Shown: piece by piece, positions 31,189 through 32,000 of the stretch
How the letters are laid out: every line of letters begins with the position of its first letter
Position numbering within the stretch: the first letter of the stretch is position 1
Assembly: GCA_000830275.1 (NCBI GenBank)
Contig: CP010424.1
Coordinates: forward strand, 930,001-962,000
DNA: 32,000 nt
Source: an archaeon GW2011_AR10
Lineage (GTDB): Archaea; Iainarchaeota; Iainarchaeia; Iainarchaeales; GW2011-AR10
Direction: 5' to 3'
Translations under genes and position numbers: made by a program
Notes under the pieces: generated by a model
Database searches by the model: none
The model's input: only the letters and a program-made list of their open reading frames with translations
Told to the model about the DNA's origin: nothing

Positions 31189-31550
31189 GGAACATGGCGA
31201 AAGTTGTTTCATCAATGAGAAGAAGGAAAATAGCGAAAATTGTTGGGGGAAAAGGCCATCTTACTTTTAGAAGGGGCCCAGCCATTCCGCCAAAGCAGAG
31301 AACACAGAGGGTTCCAACCGCAAAAGAAGCCGAGACTTTGGCTGGGTTGGTGAATTCTAAATCCTTTAATCAGCACAGACAAATTGTGGGAGACTGGCTT
31401 AATTTGTTTAAAAAAACCAGAAGCAAAAAAAGAAGACTGTATTTATGGGATAGGCTGAATCTTGCAGTTGCAGACTCATGGGGCATTGCGCATAAAACAG
31501 GAATAGGCAAACCAAAGCCATTCACAAAAGCAATGATTCCAAAAAAATAA
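31158..31550 (+). CDS. Hypothetical very basic protein (130 aa from the first ATG; in-frame ATGs also at 31179, 31194 and 31215)
   Basis: The N-terminus repeats SSMRRR(N/K)(M/I)AK(V/I)V. The stop overlaps the next start (TAATG at 31548-31552). I recognised no family. Confidence 0.5.
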   Translation: MRRIYSSMRRRNMAKVVSSMRRRKIAKIVGGKGHLTFRRGPAIPPKQRTQRVPTAKEAETLAGLVNSKSFNQHRQIVGDWLNLFKKTRSKKRRLYLWDRLNLAVADSWGIAHKTGIGKPKPFTKAMIPKK

Positions 31551-31951
31551 TGGGCAAGAAAATGCCGAAACGAATGCCGCCAGAAATTACAAGTGAAGCA
31601 AAGCCAAGGCAGTTTAAGAGTTTTCGTTTAAGCGAAAAGGGCAGAAGAGTTAAACCTAAGGGAAAACTTGAGCAATCTTTGGCTGAAGGAAAAGTTCCAA
31701 AGGGAGCAAGAATATTTCTTTACCCATCTCACGGCGGAACTGCACCATTCTATCTCTACACTAGGAGATATGGGCAAAAGAAAAAACCGGTTTCACTTGT
31801 ATTGGATTTTAGGCAGATACCATCAATAAAACAAAAAGAAATTGAAATCGTTGTAGAAAAAATTGGATTAAAGCATATTGCAGAGCAAGGAAGGTTAATT
31901 GTGAAAACCAGGCAACATTGGGGTTCTATAAGGAAAGCTGTGCACAAATAG
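31550..31951 (+). CDS. Hypothetical very basic protein, 133 aa
   Basis: It is translationally coupled to the upstream ORF and is K/R-rich (MGKKMPKRMPPEITSEAKPRQFK...). I recognised no family. Confidence 0.5.
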   Translation: MGKKMPKRMPPEITSEAKPRQFKSFRLSEKGRRVKPKGKLEQSLAEGKVPKGARIFLYPSHGGTAPFYLYTRRYGQKKKPVSLVLDFRQIPSIKQKEIEIVVEKIGLKHIAEQGRLIVKTRQHWGSIRKAVHK

Positions 31952-32000
31952 AAATAGGTAAACAATTAATTCTAGAAAACAATTAACTTTTACATGTTAA

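Noticed and set aside
1-32000. A bacterial (for example CPR) origin for the contig, suggested by the class II HMGR, the mvk-mvaD-PMK order and the IDI-1-like gene
   Set aside because: Several features argue for an archaeal host with some laterally acquired genes. These are the DUF361-type class III signal peptides, the FlaI-family ATPase, the HMG-CoA synthase/thiolase/DUF35 triad, the RecJ/GAN-like protein, and the TATA boxes about 30 nt upstream of ATGs.
1-32000. tRNA, rRNA, CRISPR, transposase/integrase, prophage or defence-island genes
   Set aside because: I found no cloverleaf-like GC-rich segments, no repeat-spacer arrays, and no recombinase, nuclease or helicase motifs in any frame. 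Intergenic space is too short apart from the regions discussed. A covariance-model scan (tRNAscan/Infernal) would be needed to exclude small RNAs formally.

Overview
Densely coding segment that reads as archaeal, probably from a small-genome, DPANN-like archaeon. The archaeal call rests on class III signal peptides, a FlaI-family ATPase, the HMG-CoA synthase/thiolase/DUF35 triad, and TATA boxes about 25-35 nt upstream of first-gene ATGs. I saw no rRNA, tRNA, CRISPR array, integrase or transposase. All family calls come from reading motifs in the supplied or hand-made translations; no database search was possible. Layout: (i) 1-6951, minus strand: a type IV pilus-like operon. It runs from an N-terminally extended KaiC-like ATPase, through five class III signal-peptide proteins joined by 4-nt start/stop overlaps, to a FlaI/PilB-family ATPase that runs off the left edge. 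(ii) 7259-9964: a divergent KaiC-like pair (one canonical, one lacking a P-loop) and a 435-aa coiled-coil protein. (iii) 10109-15697: housekeeping genes, namely a RecJ/GAN-like DHH phosphoesterase, a membrane-anchored SCP2-like protein, pyruvate phosphate dikinase and NAD kinase. (iv) 15939-25329: a contiguous mevalonate-pathway cluster holding class II HMG-CoA reductase, HMG-CoA synthase, thiolase, DUF35, mevalonate kinase, an MVD-family decarboxylase, ERG8-type phosphomevalonate kinase and a convergent IDI-1-like gene. Five unexplained genes interrupt it: a 64-aa ORF between synthase and thiolase, three basic helical ORFs, and a Nudix gene wedged between decarboxylase and PMK. The IDI-like protein has Ala where the catalytic Cys should be. 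(v) 25369-32000: a wHTH + GNAT pair, a 1106-aa Cys-rich PKD/CARDB-type surface protein with a C-terminal anchor, a 39-aa C2H2 zinc-finger micro-ORF, a PepSY-like membrane protein, and two coupled very basic ORFs whose 5' end carries a perfect 21-bp tandem duplication. The best candidates for something undescribed are the pilus-like locus with its three KaiC-like ATPases and the remodelled mevalonate cluster.
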